Origin: Nitrospirota bacterium
Lineage (GTDB): Bacteria > Nitrospirota > UBA9217
Assembly: GCA_963818475.1 (NCBI GenBank)
Contig: CAWFSF010000006.1
Span: 1-64,000, forward strand
DNA length: 64,000 nt
Direction of reading: 5' to 3'
In this document: positions 35,262-46,836 of the stretch, piece by piece
Layout: the number at the start of each line of letters is the position of its first letter
Position numbering within the stretch: position 1 is the stretch's first letter
The notes under the pieces: generated by a model
Database searches by the model: none
Told to the model about the DNA's origin: nothing
Seen by the model: the letters and a program-made list of their open reading frames with translations, nothing else
Made by a program: the position numbers and the translations under genes

Positions 35262-35924
35262 GTGACAATTTCGTGGTCTGCGGGAGAATTGTATCGATGC
35301 TGGATAAACATACGGAGAAGAAAAAGCCAGCCGGAGATGAGGACGAAGCAGCACCGGCTCAAAAATCCTGTCCGGCCGCACATAATGCAGGAAAAGGAAC
35401 CCGAACCGGTAAAATCCCTTCCGGATGAGTCTGAGATACCCGAAGATGAGATCATCGGACTGCCGGAAGAATGGATTGTTGGAAGAGACAGCCCGCGTGA
35501 AATCCTTTCAGAAAAACCCGCAGATCCCCCCATGGTGCCCCGGCCAAAAATCCTGTCGGCAGTGAAAGGTGCAATGAAGGATGCGCATCTGCCAAAACCG
35601 GATTTCCCGAAACCTGTCAGGCGTCCGCAAATCCTTCCGGATCCCGTTCCCGCTGAGCAATCCGTACAGACTGATACCCGGAATCCGGCTCCTCCCTTCA
35701 TTATCGAGGAACCCCCCGTTACACCTGAAGTACCCCCTGCGATCGAAGAAATTCCCCCTTTTTGCAAAAACTGCGGAAAAAAAGTACCTCCTGTTGCGAA
35801 TTTCTGCCCTGCGTGCGGTATCTCTCTTGCTTCTTTGCAACAGGTTCAGAACAGACCTGTCGAACGAAAAACAACACCCGCAGAACTGCCCGTCAGCAGG
35901 AAGAAAGGCACGTATCGGAAATGA
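35262..35924 (+). CDS. proline-rich zinc-ribbon protein
   Basis: FCKNCGK...NFCPACG motif after a Pro-rich region. Boundaries uncertain. Confidence 0.6.
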   Translation: MTISWSAGELYRCWINIRRRKSQPEMRTKQHRLKNPVRPHIMQEKEPEPVKSLPDESEIPEDEIIGLPEEWIVGRDSPREILSEKPADPPMVPRPKILSAVKGAMKDAHLPKPDFPKPVRRPQILPDPVPAEQSVQTDTRNPAPPFIIEEPPVTPEVPPAIEEIPPFCKNCGKKVPPVANFCPACGISLASLQQVQNRPVERKTTPAELPVSRKKGTYRK

Positions 35925-36050
35925 AGAGATCATAACCCCGGCACAAAGCACAAGAATACGGAACAGTACAACATCTTTGTATGCAGCAGTGGATTAAAGA
36001 TATGGCAGGCCTTGGTACGGGTCTCTGGCTGATCGGGTATATCGCATCGC

Positions 36051-36371
36051 TTGCTGTTGTTCTTCACGCCCATATGGGAAATCATGGGCGGCTGGATCCT
36101 CCTTATTATTTTTACCCCAATCACGATTGCGATTACCTGGTGGTGGTTTAAACAGCAGGAGCCGCTTCCTCTCCCGTACTACGCGAAGGTCGGGATAGCG
36201 TGGATGGTAATTGCCGTCGTGCTTGATTACCTGTTCATTGTCCGGCTGTTCCAGGCAACCTACTACGGTACTGATGTGTTTGTGTACTATGCCGTGACCT
36301 TCCTCATCCCGGTTGTCATCGGGCTTTACCTGCACCGTGCGAAGGGCGGACTGGTCCTGGAGCAGGAATAA
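36051..36371 (+). CDS. multi-TM hypothetical protein
   Basis: Hydrophobic ORF whose 5' end is probably frameshifted. Confidence 0.55.
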   Translation: MLLFFTPIWEIMGGWILLIIFTPITIAITWWWFKQQEPLPLPYYAKVGIAWMVIAVVLDYLFIVRLFQATYYGTDVFVYYAVTFLIPVVIGLYLHRAKGGLVLEQE

Positions 36372-36643
36372 TTCTCAATCCGGCTCAGGCAGATAAAACC
36401 CGGAAGATCTTTTTTTACAATTACCTGTATGCAAGGCACCCGCTGCCATGGGTTGCATGGCATCCTCACTCCCTGCAGGTGTGATCCCTGGAAAAAAAGC
36501 CACAGAACCCCGTAACAATGCCTGTTTTGCAAGGCAACAGCGCCTCGCCAGCCTTTATTATTTCATGTGAAAAGGTATTGTTGGCTTAAGCCGGGTATGC
36601 CAGAACCTGATCAGGAAGTGTACAAAAGGGGGAAAAACGGACC

Positions 36644-36841
36644 ATGAAAAAATTGTTAGTATTCTTCATGATTATGATCATGGGCGCAATAGTGTACGTG
36701 ATGTCGTTTGTTACGGATGCGACACCCTCGTCCCAGACGATCTCATCCACCATTATGCCGCTTGTCATAATTTATGGATTTTTTGGAATTCTTCTCCTGG
36801 TAATCGGTAAAAAAGGACATGACTACATCCTGTCCCGCTGA
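36644..36841 (+). CDS. small two-TM protein
   Basis: 65-aa ORF with two hydrophobic helices. Confidence 0.5.
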   Translation: MKKLLVFFMIMIMGAIVYVMSFVTDATPSSQTISSTIMPLVIIYGFFGILLLVIGKKGHDYILSR

Positions 36842-37045
36842 TTTTTAGACAGGGAGAAAGAAAAAGAGGACTCTTTTTTTTGCACAACTGGAAAGACCGG
36901 AGGTTTTGTGAAAAAATGCGATGAAGGGAACCATAACCGGCCGCAGATCTACAAAGCCGAACCGTGCGGATCCTCGCGGGCATGACGAAAAATCCATATT
37001 GTTCAGCCGCCTTTGGGTATTCTTCTGAATTATTCGGTTTTACTC

Positions 37046-37282
37046 TTAAGAAAAGTGATTTTTTACGACAATGATATTTTCACACGAAGTCCGCTTTCGG
37101 GTGCGTTCATTCCTTGCTGTATTGACGAGATCCAGGAACTGCTCCTTCTCACTCTCCCGCAACGCATATTCTCCCGGGTCACAGCAGTCCCGGCACGACT
37201 CCATGAACTGCGGGATAAACTGTATCCTAGTCTGCCCTCCGGTCTGCCAGTGGGCTATCGTACAGCGGGGACAGGGCTTCAT
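37046..37282 (-). CDS. small Cys-rich hypothetical protein
   Basis: CPRC and CRDCC motifs. Confidence 0.4.
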   Translation of the reverse strand: MKPCPRCTIAHWQTGGQTRIQFIPQFMESCRDCCDPGEYALRESEKEQFLDLVNTARNERTRKRTSCENIIVVKNHFS

Positions 37283-37715
37283 GGTATGGTCTTTCGTACA
37301 CCTTGCATGAGGCTGCAGGAAATAAAAATTTTCGTACTGTGTTTAAAATAAAATACCTTCACTATCACGGATTTGGGTTTTTTTTAAACAGACAGATCCC
37401 GAATTCGCTACCCCAAACCATTGAATTCCGGCTGTATGTATATAAACAAAATATCCTGCCAATCCCTGTATGTGCCTGACCATTGAACGGGCTGTTGAGG
37501 ATTCATTGGATAACGGGTCAGGAAATCCATTGTTGTCTGGTGAGGAAAAAAGGCCAGACTGCATTGCATGGGAGCCTTGCCAGACTTTATTATTCCATGA
37601 GATGAGGCAAAAGGAGAGAGGCGATGGAATTATTTTTAAAAATATCACGGTTTTCGTAATGGTGATACCGATACATCCCTAAAGGAACTTTTCCCTGAAA
37701 AGGAGTGACAACCCC

Positions 37716-38390
37716 ATGAAAAGTATCGTGGTCCGTACGCTTGTCATTATTGTCCTATCTGTCCTTGTTACCGGGTGTGTAACTCCGTCACCCCCTCATA
37801 ATGACGAAGGCGGGAACGTAACTTTCAGCCCATTCAGTGTCCCTCCTGCGAATGTTACCAGAGGACCATTGAAAATATCCAATGGCGGGTGGACTGGTGA
37901 ATATCCCGTATCTGTGGATAATATGAGTGTCGGTGTTGTATCGGCAAAAAACCCATTAACGCTGATGATCGAAGAAGGGAGCCATGTCGTTGAAGTCTGT
38001 TGCGGCAGGATTTGTGAACGTGAGAATGTGATGGTCTCGTTTGGAAAACAACAGACGGTTGACCTGTCAGAACAATTAAAAGAGGATCTGGAATTTTCAG
38101 AACCTGCAATGAGAATAGTCGGGTATTACCTGAGCGGAGACCGGATTACGGTTGCTGTTGAATTCATAAATCCCACTATGCATTCCCTCACCATGACCGG
38201 AGACGTCAGCTGCGGGTATTCTTATATCGATAGCAGGACATACAACAGATTTGGAAATTCTGCCCAGGGACGGGTATACGCTACGGTCAATGCCTGTGAC
38301 CGGGTAACGCAGATAGTGAACCTCAACCTGGCCACGGGTTCCAGTTACATGTACGATATGCCAACGATAAGCACGGTATCGGTAAAATAA
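37716..38390 (+). CDS. lipoprotein with a PEGA-like domain
   Basis: VTGC lipobox and YPVSVD...EEGSHVVEV. Confidence 0.7.
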   Translation: MKSIVVRTLVIIVLSVLVTGCVTPSPPHNDEGGNVTFSPFSVPPANVTRGPLKISNGGWTGEYPVSVDNMSVGVVSAKNPLTLMIEEGSHVVEVCCGRICERENVMVSFGKQQTVDLSEQLKEDLEFSEPAMRIVGYYLSGDRITVAVEFINPTMHSLTMTGDVSCGYSYIDSRTYNRFGNSAQGRVYATVNACDRVTQIVNLNLATGSSYMYDMPTISTVSVK

Positions 38391-38434
38391 TTTTTTTGGT
38401 ATAGTCACATTTCAGCGACTGATTTCTTGTTTTA

Positions 38435-38580
38435 AGGGACGCCCCCCTTGCACCAGCCCTGCCCCCTTTGGGGCGGGGGCGCATGCGATTCATCTGTCGT
38501 CCTGATTCCTGGTTATACAACACCATCGCAACTGGGGTGCCATCGTGGAGAGGCGAAGCCCCTGGAGCGTCTTCGTTTTT
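38435..38580. repeat. divergent, rearranged relative of the MITE-like element
   Basis: Minus strand reads GATGAATCGCATGCGCCCCCGCCCCAAAGGGGGC (module-B-like). Plus strand reads ATCGCAACTGGGGTGCC...AGGCGAAGCCCCTGGAGCGT (module-A-like). Confidence 0.5.
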
Positions 38581-38723
38581 GGTCCCTGAACAAGAACACT
38601 TTTTCGATCTGCAATTCTGGAACAGATGTTCTGACTATATGTCTCTCTCGTTATTTCCTTTACGAGTTGGTTGTTAAAATGGCACTATCCCTGATTTTTT
38701 TTAAAACGAAGTCCTGATCATGC

Positions 38724-39554
38724 TCAGTGAAGCGGTGCTTCCTGTTGCTGAAGCTCGCGAAGGATCCTCCGGATATGCCCTATGTTAATTGTTCTTGTCG
38801 TGAGCAGGCAGAGGTAATTGTCATGATAGGGAGCGATGATCATGTTGCCCTCCGGTATCTGGAGCGTCAGGTGAACAAACGGTCCCCAGGGGAGCAGGTG
38901 GGTAACGTTCTGTGCGGTCCCGAGCATCTTTTTTGCGATCTTAACCATGGCTTCACTATCTGCATCACCTATGGTCATGACATTCCGTTTACCGTCGAAT
39001 ACTGAAACGGCAACAATCCCGTTCAGGTTCTTGATCTGTGCAATGATATGCAAATCCGGTTCGTCGAGGACGACGGGTTGTGGTATAACCGGTTTTTCCT
39101 CAACAGGTTTTTCCTCCGGTAAACCCCGGCCGAATCAGGTGTTCTTGTGTCCCGGACTGGGCTCATTTCCGGTGTGTCTGCGGCGTGAGATGGTGGGTTT
39201 TGTGGGGCAGCAACAGGTCCGGGTTTTTCCGCTTCTTTCGGAGGTACTGGTTCCTGGTCTTCAATATTGCATAATTTCAGCGCAACGGAGAGCTCCTCAG
39301 GAGTGTACTTGCAGAGATCAAATTCTATAATGGGGTGCGAATTGAAATAATCAAGTGCAGACCGTCCTTTGAGCTCAATGGTGCCGTGTCTGAAATAATG
39401 GACAGAGCGGCTTTCCTTTTTTTATCAGGATATATCCTTCTCCATCCTGGATCACTACCCGGACAATCCCGACGAAGCGTACCGTGTGGGAACTGATCCA
39501 CGACGGTGGTGCCTGCATCCAGCCGAGACTTTTTCCTTCAGGTAATTCTATCAT
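38724..39554 (-). CDS. DUF2226-like N-domain + Pro-rich linker + roadblock/LC7 domain protein, frameshifted
   Basis: C-terminal IKNLNGIVAVSV...LTLQIPEGNMIIAP...NIGHIRR. The ATG overlaps the upstream stop codon. Confidence 0.7.
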
Positions 39555-39898
39555 AGGAGTGCCGCAATCTCTTCTTTGTTCTTTTTCATTTCCTGATTAA
39601 TCTGCCCGATATTTGCGGTGTTCTGTGCAATAATCAGGAAAAAAAACTCTTCTTTCAGGGGTGCGAGGAGGAGGAAATAGTCAGAAAATTCCATAAATAC
39701 CATAAAGACGGGGGAATTTGCGAAATCATCTGCCGTGGCTTTTGAACCCACCATAAGGGCAGAAACGGCTGTCCGGAACCTGTCGTCATAGTCGATACCC
39801 GATTTAATGCCCTCAATAATTTCCCCGTTCTGCCGTATGACCATGACTCCCCGGACATCGTGCAGGATAAGAAATTTATTCATGATTGTCTTGAGCAT
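39551..39898 (-). CDS. roadblock/LC7 (MglB-like) protein
   Basis: DVRGVMVIRQNGEII and C-terminal ANIGQINQEM. Confidence 0.82.
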   Translation of the reverse strand: MLKTIMNKFLILHDVRGVMVIRQNGEIIEGIKSGIDYDDRFRTAVSALMVGSKATADDFANSPVFMVFMEFSDYFLLLAPLKEEFFFLIIAQNTANIGQINQEMKKNKEEIAALL

Positions 39899-40051
39899 GG
39901 GTATCTCCTTTCCTCATGGTGTGAATGATATCGTTTGTAAACCCGTTCATGAAATATCATGGATTTTTAACAGTATCGTAGTATCCCTGAAGGCATGTTG
40001 TTCCCGGCTGATAATCCCTGTAAGGGAATAATGGTGCCTCCCTCCGCCTGG

Positions 40052-40477
40052 TCATTCATTTTCTTCTTTAGCCAGGGTATCGAGGATTTTATAGGTATTG
40101 ATCATCCGGTTAAACGCGGTCTGGAGCTCGCCAATCTCATCATTGCTGAGCAGTTCAATTTCCGGGTTTTTCAGCTCTCCGGTGCTCATACTGGTGGCAA
40201 TTTCAGAAAGTTTTACAATCGGGCTGGTGATGCTGCTGGCGAGGAAAAAACTCCACATAACGACGACAGACAGGGTAACGAGCGTGAGGACAAAGATGCT
40301 GGGTGTCAGGCCGATACTCGTAACGATGCTGTCAGTCCCGCCCATGGAAACGATCCCGAGAAGCAGCATCGGGATCATGGAAACAAAGAGCATACTCACC
40401 ATGAGTTTATAGAAAATGGGGATCTGAAGTGAAAACCCCTTCTGTGAACGTTTTGTTTCGTTTTTTGTCGCAGACAT
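40052..40477 (-). CDS. two-TM HAMP-domain protein with no output domain
   Basis: ITSPIVKLSEIA..MSTGEL....SNDEIGELQTAFNRM, followed by a stop ~14 aa later. Confidence 0.85.
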   Translation of the reverse strand: MSATKNETKRSQKGFSLQIPIFYKLMVSMLFVSMIPMLLLGIVSMGGTDSIVTSIGLTPSIFVLTLVTLSVVVMWSFFLASSITSPIVKLSEIATSMSTGELKNPEIELLSNDEIGELQTAFNRMINTYKILDTLAKEENE

Positions 40478-40689
40478 ATATGATTATTAATCAATTTCAT
40501 TTAAATAAATTTCTCATACTTATAGTAATTGATTTTAAAAAAACAAATTAAATATCTTTAAAATGAAAAATTTTGGATATATATCTTTTTTATGCGGTTA
40601 CAGCCTATGGTTTATCGAAAAATCACTTTTTGGATTTGAGGGAGGTGCAAAAACGAAGGTAATCCCTGAAAAATCCAAAAGGGAGAACC

Positions 40690-40971
40690 GCAAAACGTGG
40701 TTTCATGACCGGGTTCATAGGGACACACAAGGGCTGAACAGTTTTCTTCGTAGGAAACGGGGGGACCAGGATGAGATTCGGGATCTTATCGTCCATAACC
40801 TTTTCGGGTGCTGAAGTCCCCGGCTATGCACAGCGGCTCGGTGAGTATTACCGTATTCATGCAAAGCCTCATGAACGGACGGACAGGTTCATGGATCGAA
40901 TCGGATACGATATGCTCATATCAGAACTGTTTTCTTACCTTCCCTACTACCCTGGTGAGAATGTCCGGTGA
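40690..40971 (+). pseudogene. probable remnant of a nitrite/sulfite reductase 4Fe-4S family gene (C-terminus only)
   Basis: YYRIHAKPHERTDRFMDRIG resembles the C-terminus of this family. No upstream domain is visible. Confidence 0.4.
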
Positions 40972-41085
40972 ACTGCCCGAAAATTTAATTTCATTCACCC
41001 TCCTCCCGCTTCTTTCTTTCAGAGGTCGCATAATTGTCTATTTACCCCCGGTAAAAAAACGCTGATTTAGTCTTTTTAACCACAA

Positions 41086-43294
41086 TTACCCTGAATTCCC
41101 ATCATTTTTACTTTCTGGAGAACCGGGGGAGCACTCGTTTTCCGCACACGTGAGAAGAGAAGGATAGTAGTTATTGACATACTCTTTGACCATACGGCGG
41201 GCTGAAAATACTGCGCTGGTACTTTTTATGGTTTCTTTCATCTTCTTTACCCAGCCATGGGGTATTCCGTCAATGGATGCAGAATAGTACAGCGGCACTA
41301 CTTCTTTTTCAAGCAGGGTATAGAGAGCATGCAGCATCAGCTGCATCCCGTGATCCGGGAGACGTCTCACCACCAAAAGCCCAGCCATTACTGCCATTAT
41401 ATCCTTCAATCCACCACCCGTCAAGAATGCTCAGGTTGAGTACACCGTTTAACGAAGCCTTCATGCCACTTGTCCCGCAGGCCTCCATCGGGGGTACAGG
41501 ATTGTTCATCCAGACATCCACGCCATGAACCAGGTACTGGGCCATCTGTTCCCCATAATCTTCGACGAACCCTATCCTGCCACCGAAATCCGGTTGCTGG
41601 GCAAATTCATAAATCCGCTGAAGAATTAATTTTCCTTCATAATCGGCAGGATGCGCTTTTCCGGCAAAGATTATCTGCACAGGACGCCAGGGGTTATTCA
41701 GGATCCGACGGAGACGGGCCGGATCATGAAAAATGAGATCTGCCCGTTTGTAGGTGGAAAAACGGCGGGCAAACCCGATGGTGAGAACCGAGGGGTTGAG
41801 CATCAGGCCGTCTGCGACAAGGTTACTGGGTTCTTTTAAATGGGTCTCCCACTTGATCCGCTTTCTTTCCCGGATCCTGTTGAGGAGTTTTTGTTTCAGC
41901 CATATGATGTACTTCCCAGATCTCTTTATCCGGTATCTCATCAATCATCTGCCAGATCTCCGGGTTGTCATGGTTGATCTGCCAGTGGGGATCAGCGGAG
42001 TCAAAATATTTTGAATAGAGCACTTCCATCCGGGGATTCAGCCATGTCGGCATGTGAACACCATTGGTAATATGGTCAATGGGGATCTCCTCTTCGGGCA
42101 GGTCCGGCCACATACAGCGCCACATCCCGCGGGCAATCATGCCATGTTTTTTTGACACACCGTTATGGTATTCTGTTATCCGGAGTGCAAACGCGGTCAT
42201 GTTGAACCCGGTTCCTGCAGTCACAGGGATGGTGGCCGAGCTGGAAAAAGGTGTCCTGGTCGATGCCAAGCTGAGGATAATACCGGGAGAAATATTTGTC
42301 CATGAGATCCAAGGGGAAAATATCATTCCCGGCGGGAACCGGCGTATGGGTCGTAAAGACCGAAGTCCCTTTCACCTGCGCCAGGGCAGTCTTGAAGGTC
42401 ATCCCTTTTTCCACCCGTTCCCTGATCCGCTCCAGCTGGGCAAACGCCGGATGCCCTTCATTGAGATGCAGGGCTGAAAACTCTATTCCCAGATCACTGA
42501 GTACTTTCCGTCCCCCGATCCCGAGAACTATTTCCTGTTGCAGACGTTGTTCAGTCTTCTCTGTGTACAGGCGATGGGAGATGGTCCTGTGTTCAGGAAT
42601 GTTTGCAGGAATATCGGTATCAAGCAGATAGAGAGGTACCTTGCCCACATTCACCCTCCAGACGGCGACATAAACCGGGGGTTCAATGAAGGGGACCTGT
42701 ATCACCATCTGGTCTCCGGAATCATTCAGAACCCTTAAAATAGGTGCCGCATCGCGATCCAGCACTTCAGTGATATTATCCTGCCAGCCATCGGGACGAA
42801 TATGCTGGTGGAGGTATCCTTCCGAGTACATGAATCCCACGGCTACCAGCGGGAACACCCAGATCGCTGCATTCCTTTAAGTGGTCCCCGGCCAGGAACC
42901 CGAGGCCCCCTGCATAAAAGGGAAGTGAGTGGTGGAGACCGTACTCCGCAGAAAAATAGGCAATGGTAAGGGATCTGCGTTTTGGGTAATGTTCCGAAAA
43001 CCAGCCATTCCGGTTGGTCATGTACCGGGAAAAACGGTTCATAATGATATCATAACGACGGAGGTATTCCGGATTTGAAAGAAGACCGTCAAAAAATTCC
43101 GGGGGAATATCCTGAAGCATTTTAACGGGATTGTGGACACTTTTTTTCCATGCCTGCTGGTTGATCTGCTTAAAGAGTACCCTTGCTTCCGGATGCCAGC
43201 TCCACCAGAGATTGTATGCCAGATCGACGAGACCGGCCAGCCGTTCCGGAACATGGGGGAATTTTTCCGCCAGTCGGTCATAATGGTCGGCCAT
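41086..43294 (-). CDS. glgP: alpha-glucan (glycogen) phosphorylase, frameshifted
   Basis: LAYNLWWSW, AYFSAEYGL..SLPFYAGGLG, HLNEGHP, GFARRFSTYKRA, AGKAHPAD and EACGTSGMKA. Confidence 0.95.
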
Positions 43295-43443
43295 GTGTGG
43301 TTACCTTCCTGATTTAAATGTGGGTATTGTCATGATTAATACTCTTGGGAGAATACAACAGGAGCAGGAAAACGGGAATCATCGCATGATAACATTCTAA
43401 TCTTCTGACATCCCATCAGGCGTGTGGGAAGGTGATATTATGT

Positions 43444-44705
43444 ATGAACACCGGCATCTGGGAGGACCTGTATCAATCCCTGCAAAAACCCCGGCTGGAT
43501 CCGGTAATTACCGGGTTCAATGCCAATATCGATCGGGTTATTCCGGCTGACACCCGGATATACTGGGATCCTTTGAGCAGCATGCCGTGAAGGGATTTGA
43601 TGCGATACTCCGACCGGCTGAAACAATCCATGAGGTACTGTTCTGCCGATGAGGTATTCATCAGCGAACCCGTCACGTCTACCGTGCACTTTCAGAATCT
43701 TTTTCCCGTTTCGGTACGCTCTCTGTGGGAGGCCAGGCAGGTATTGCTGCAGTTCACCTGCGCAGACTTGGTATCCCGTCAGTTACCTGTGCTGTACCCG
43801 GTGCCGGCCCACAGACCTGTGCTCTTCTGCAGGATGCCGGTGCCATTCCCCTGACATTTGAATCAGGATCGGGCGATCGTCCTGACATAATCCATCTGAT
43901 TTTCGAATACCCCCCGGGCCTGGTGCCGGTGGCTGATGGTGTTGTGCCACGGAGCAACCGGTTCATCGTGTCTCCTGTCCACGATTCATCCACGGTAATC
44001 ATCCCGATGGTTCATGAGAATTCTTTTCTGGAACAGATTGTCCTCCTGCCGGCGTGCATTTCTCTCGGGCTACCAGTATCTGCAAACGGAACAGGAATTT
44101 ATGACCGCAGCCAGGCAGATCCGGTATGATCCGCAGTGTTCATCCCCTTATGCGGACCCATGTGGAATGCGTCTCTGGTGCAGACCGTAATGTGATGGCG
44201 ATGATGCTCCGTCATATCTTTCCGAATACTGACAGCATCGGGCTCAATGAACGGGAACTGGGGTTGTTCATGCATGCGTTGCGGGCACCTGACCCGGCGT
44301 CAGCAGCCATACTGCCATCTTCTCCTGTTGCCTGCGTGCGTGATGCTATCGCCCTTGCAGATGCGACGGGTGTGCGCCGGATTCATCTCCATACGTTCGG
44401 GTATTATATTCTTATCCTGAAATCCGAAACTGTACAGCCGGAAGTATCCCGGAATGCCCTGCTCCTTGCCGCACGGGTGACTGCCGATGAAGCGGGATTG
44501 GGAGACGCAGGTCCTTTCACGGGAAGGTCTTTTAGCGTACGCTGCTGTCCGGGAAGTGTTTGGTCCGGATGAGACACCGGGGATTTTTACGGATGATGAA
44601 CGGGTGGTGGTGCTCATCCCCACGTACATTTCACGCAATATTCAGAAGACAACCGGGCTTGGCGACATTCTTTCATCCACCGCGTTTGTTGCAGACCGGT
44701 TCTGA
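43444..44705 (+). CDS. ADP-dependent glucokinase/phosphofructokinase, frameshifted
   Basis: GFNANIDR, GGQAGIAA, IHLIFEY, NRFI, SIGLNE.EL, RIHLHT and TTGLGDILSS. Confidence 0.88.
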
Positions 44706-44737
44706 TCGAAACATCGCCCGTTTTTTTTAAAATTATT

Positions 44738-45135
44738 GTATCTGGAGAAACGGGTAATATGTAATTTTCACGAACCATGAAAATCGGAATAGACATCGTG
44801 ATTTTTCGAGGCTCCCCGCTCAAGACCCATACGGGGCCGGGGGGCGTTCGGTTTTTTGAAAGTCTCCGATCCAGCCGCGGTGGCCCCCCTTAGGGGCGGC
44901 AGCATAATGATAATGGGGGTATGTTCTTCAACCACCATCTGGATTCGGTCGTGAAAATGAATACAATTCTCACTTTGAAATGGAAAAATCAGGTGCTAAA
45001 CAGCGTTTCCCTAACAGTCAAGAAATGCTGATAATTCCTATTCTGTGTGCCTGTGGCCGCAGGCGATCAGATAGGCGTTTTCATAGGAAACGGGCACTGA
45101 AGCTCGCTACAAGCTCATGCCGGTTTCTACGGTGC
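44738..45135. mobile_element. MITE-like element, inverted and divergent copy
   Basis: Begins GTATCTGGAGAAAC and ends CTCATGCCGGTTTCTACGGTGC. Reverse complements of modules C and B lie at ~44810-44905. Confidence 0.6.
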
Positions 45136-45372
45136 AGAAAAAGAACAAAAAAGTTCTCTCTCAAAAATTGTAAACAAAGAAAAAGTTATATGTTCTCTTG
45201 GGTATTTTCACTTGACTAAAGGAAAGTTTCGTATCCACAGAACCCCCGTGCGGATTCCTCGGTGAATTTTTATCCTGATACCGGTTACCAGCAGGCGCAG
45301 AGAGACTCAAAACGGTTTCAGGTTCTGGTAAGGTTCTTTAAGTCAGGTAGTAAATGGGAGGTGAATGAAAGT

Positions 45373-46836
45373 ATGCCACACATCTGTATAGGGTTTGAAG
45401 TCCACCAGCCTTACCGGCTGAACCGGACGTTCTCACCTGATCCGAAGATCAAGAAAAAGGATCTGTTTGATCATTATTTCGACAGCCTGAACAAGGAAAT
45501 CCTGTTGCGGGTCGTAGACAAGTGCTATGATCCTGCCACAAAACTCATCCTTGAAAAACTCGATGAAGGATTTGCCTGTTCATTTTCGATGTCGGGCATT
45601 CTCATCGAGCAGCTGGAGAAATGGAGCAAGGATACCCTGTCGCTTTTTGAGCAGGTTGCACGGCACAAAAACACCGAGATGATCGGGCAGACCTACTACC
45701 ACAGCATTGCCAGTTGTTTTTCTGATAAATCAGAATTCAGGGACCAGGTCACGGTTGCATTCAGACCTGATGCATGACCTGTTCAGAGTCCGTCCGACAA
45801 TCTTTGAAAATACCGAATTTACGTTCAATAACGAAGTTGCTGCCACCATCAGGGATATGGGATTTCGCCGGAATTTTTACTGAAGGGGTAGACCGCATTC
45901 TGGGCTGGAGGAGCCCGGATTACCTGTATACCTGCAGGGGCATTCCTGTTCTTCTCCGGAATACGAAGTTGTCCGATGACATTGCCTTCCGGTTTGCCAA
46001 CCGCACATGGGACATGTATCCGCTGACAGCTGACACCTATGCCCACTGGGTTGCCTCATCTTCCGGAGATATCATCACGGTATTCCTTGACTACGAGACA
46101 TTTGGTGAACATTTCTGGAAGGAGACCGGTATATTTGACTTTTTACGCGCCCTGCCCGATGAACTCAGCAGACGGGACGTTGGATACGATCCTGCCATCG
46201 CAGGTTGTTTCAGCAGTATTCACCGGTTGGAGACATTGATGTTCACGAGACCATCTCATGGGCGGATCTCGAGAAGGATACGTCTGCATGGATGGGAAAT
46301 GATCGCCAGCAGACAGCGTTTCATGCTGTGCAGTCGGCACGGGCATACGCAGTCAATAAACCGATCTGGCGGTATCTCCAGACCAGCGACCATTTCTATT
46401 ACATGGCCTCCAAATACGGCACGTGCGGGGAAGTCCACACCTATTTCAGCCATCATGAGGCGGAGGATGCGTTCAAGACATATATGAGGGTCCTTGCGGA
46501 CTATGAATCACGGAATATCCGGGTGATGAAAAACCGGAAATCGGCAAAGACACTGCGAACCCTGGCCCCGGAACAGGCATTTCATTTTGCGTGTCCCGCC
46601 GGGTTCATCGGCCATACTGCCTACAACCTTGACCAGTTTGAAGAATTCTCTATTATCGTGCCCCAGGATTCGATCTCAGTTACCACCAGGACCGGGGTGA
46701 TTTCTGCCAACTGGATTACCGATGTGCTCGATGATCCCCGTCTTGCAGAGAGTATCAGCGGACTCACTGAACGTCACGAACTGGTACACGTGTCATAAAA
46801 GAACGGAGGGAACTGTTGTGGAGTCACTTAAAATAG
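45373..46836 (+). CDS. GH57 alpha-amylase with an extra C-terminal (DUF5752-like) domain, frameshifted
   Basis: FEVHQP, QTYYHS, NTE, LSDDIAFRF, DYETFGEH and LQTSDHFYYM. Confidence 0.92.
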
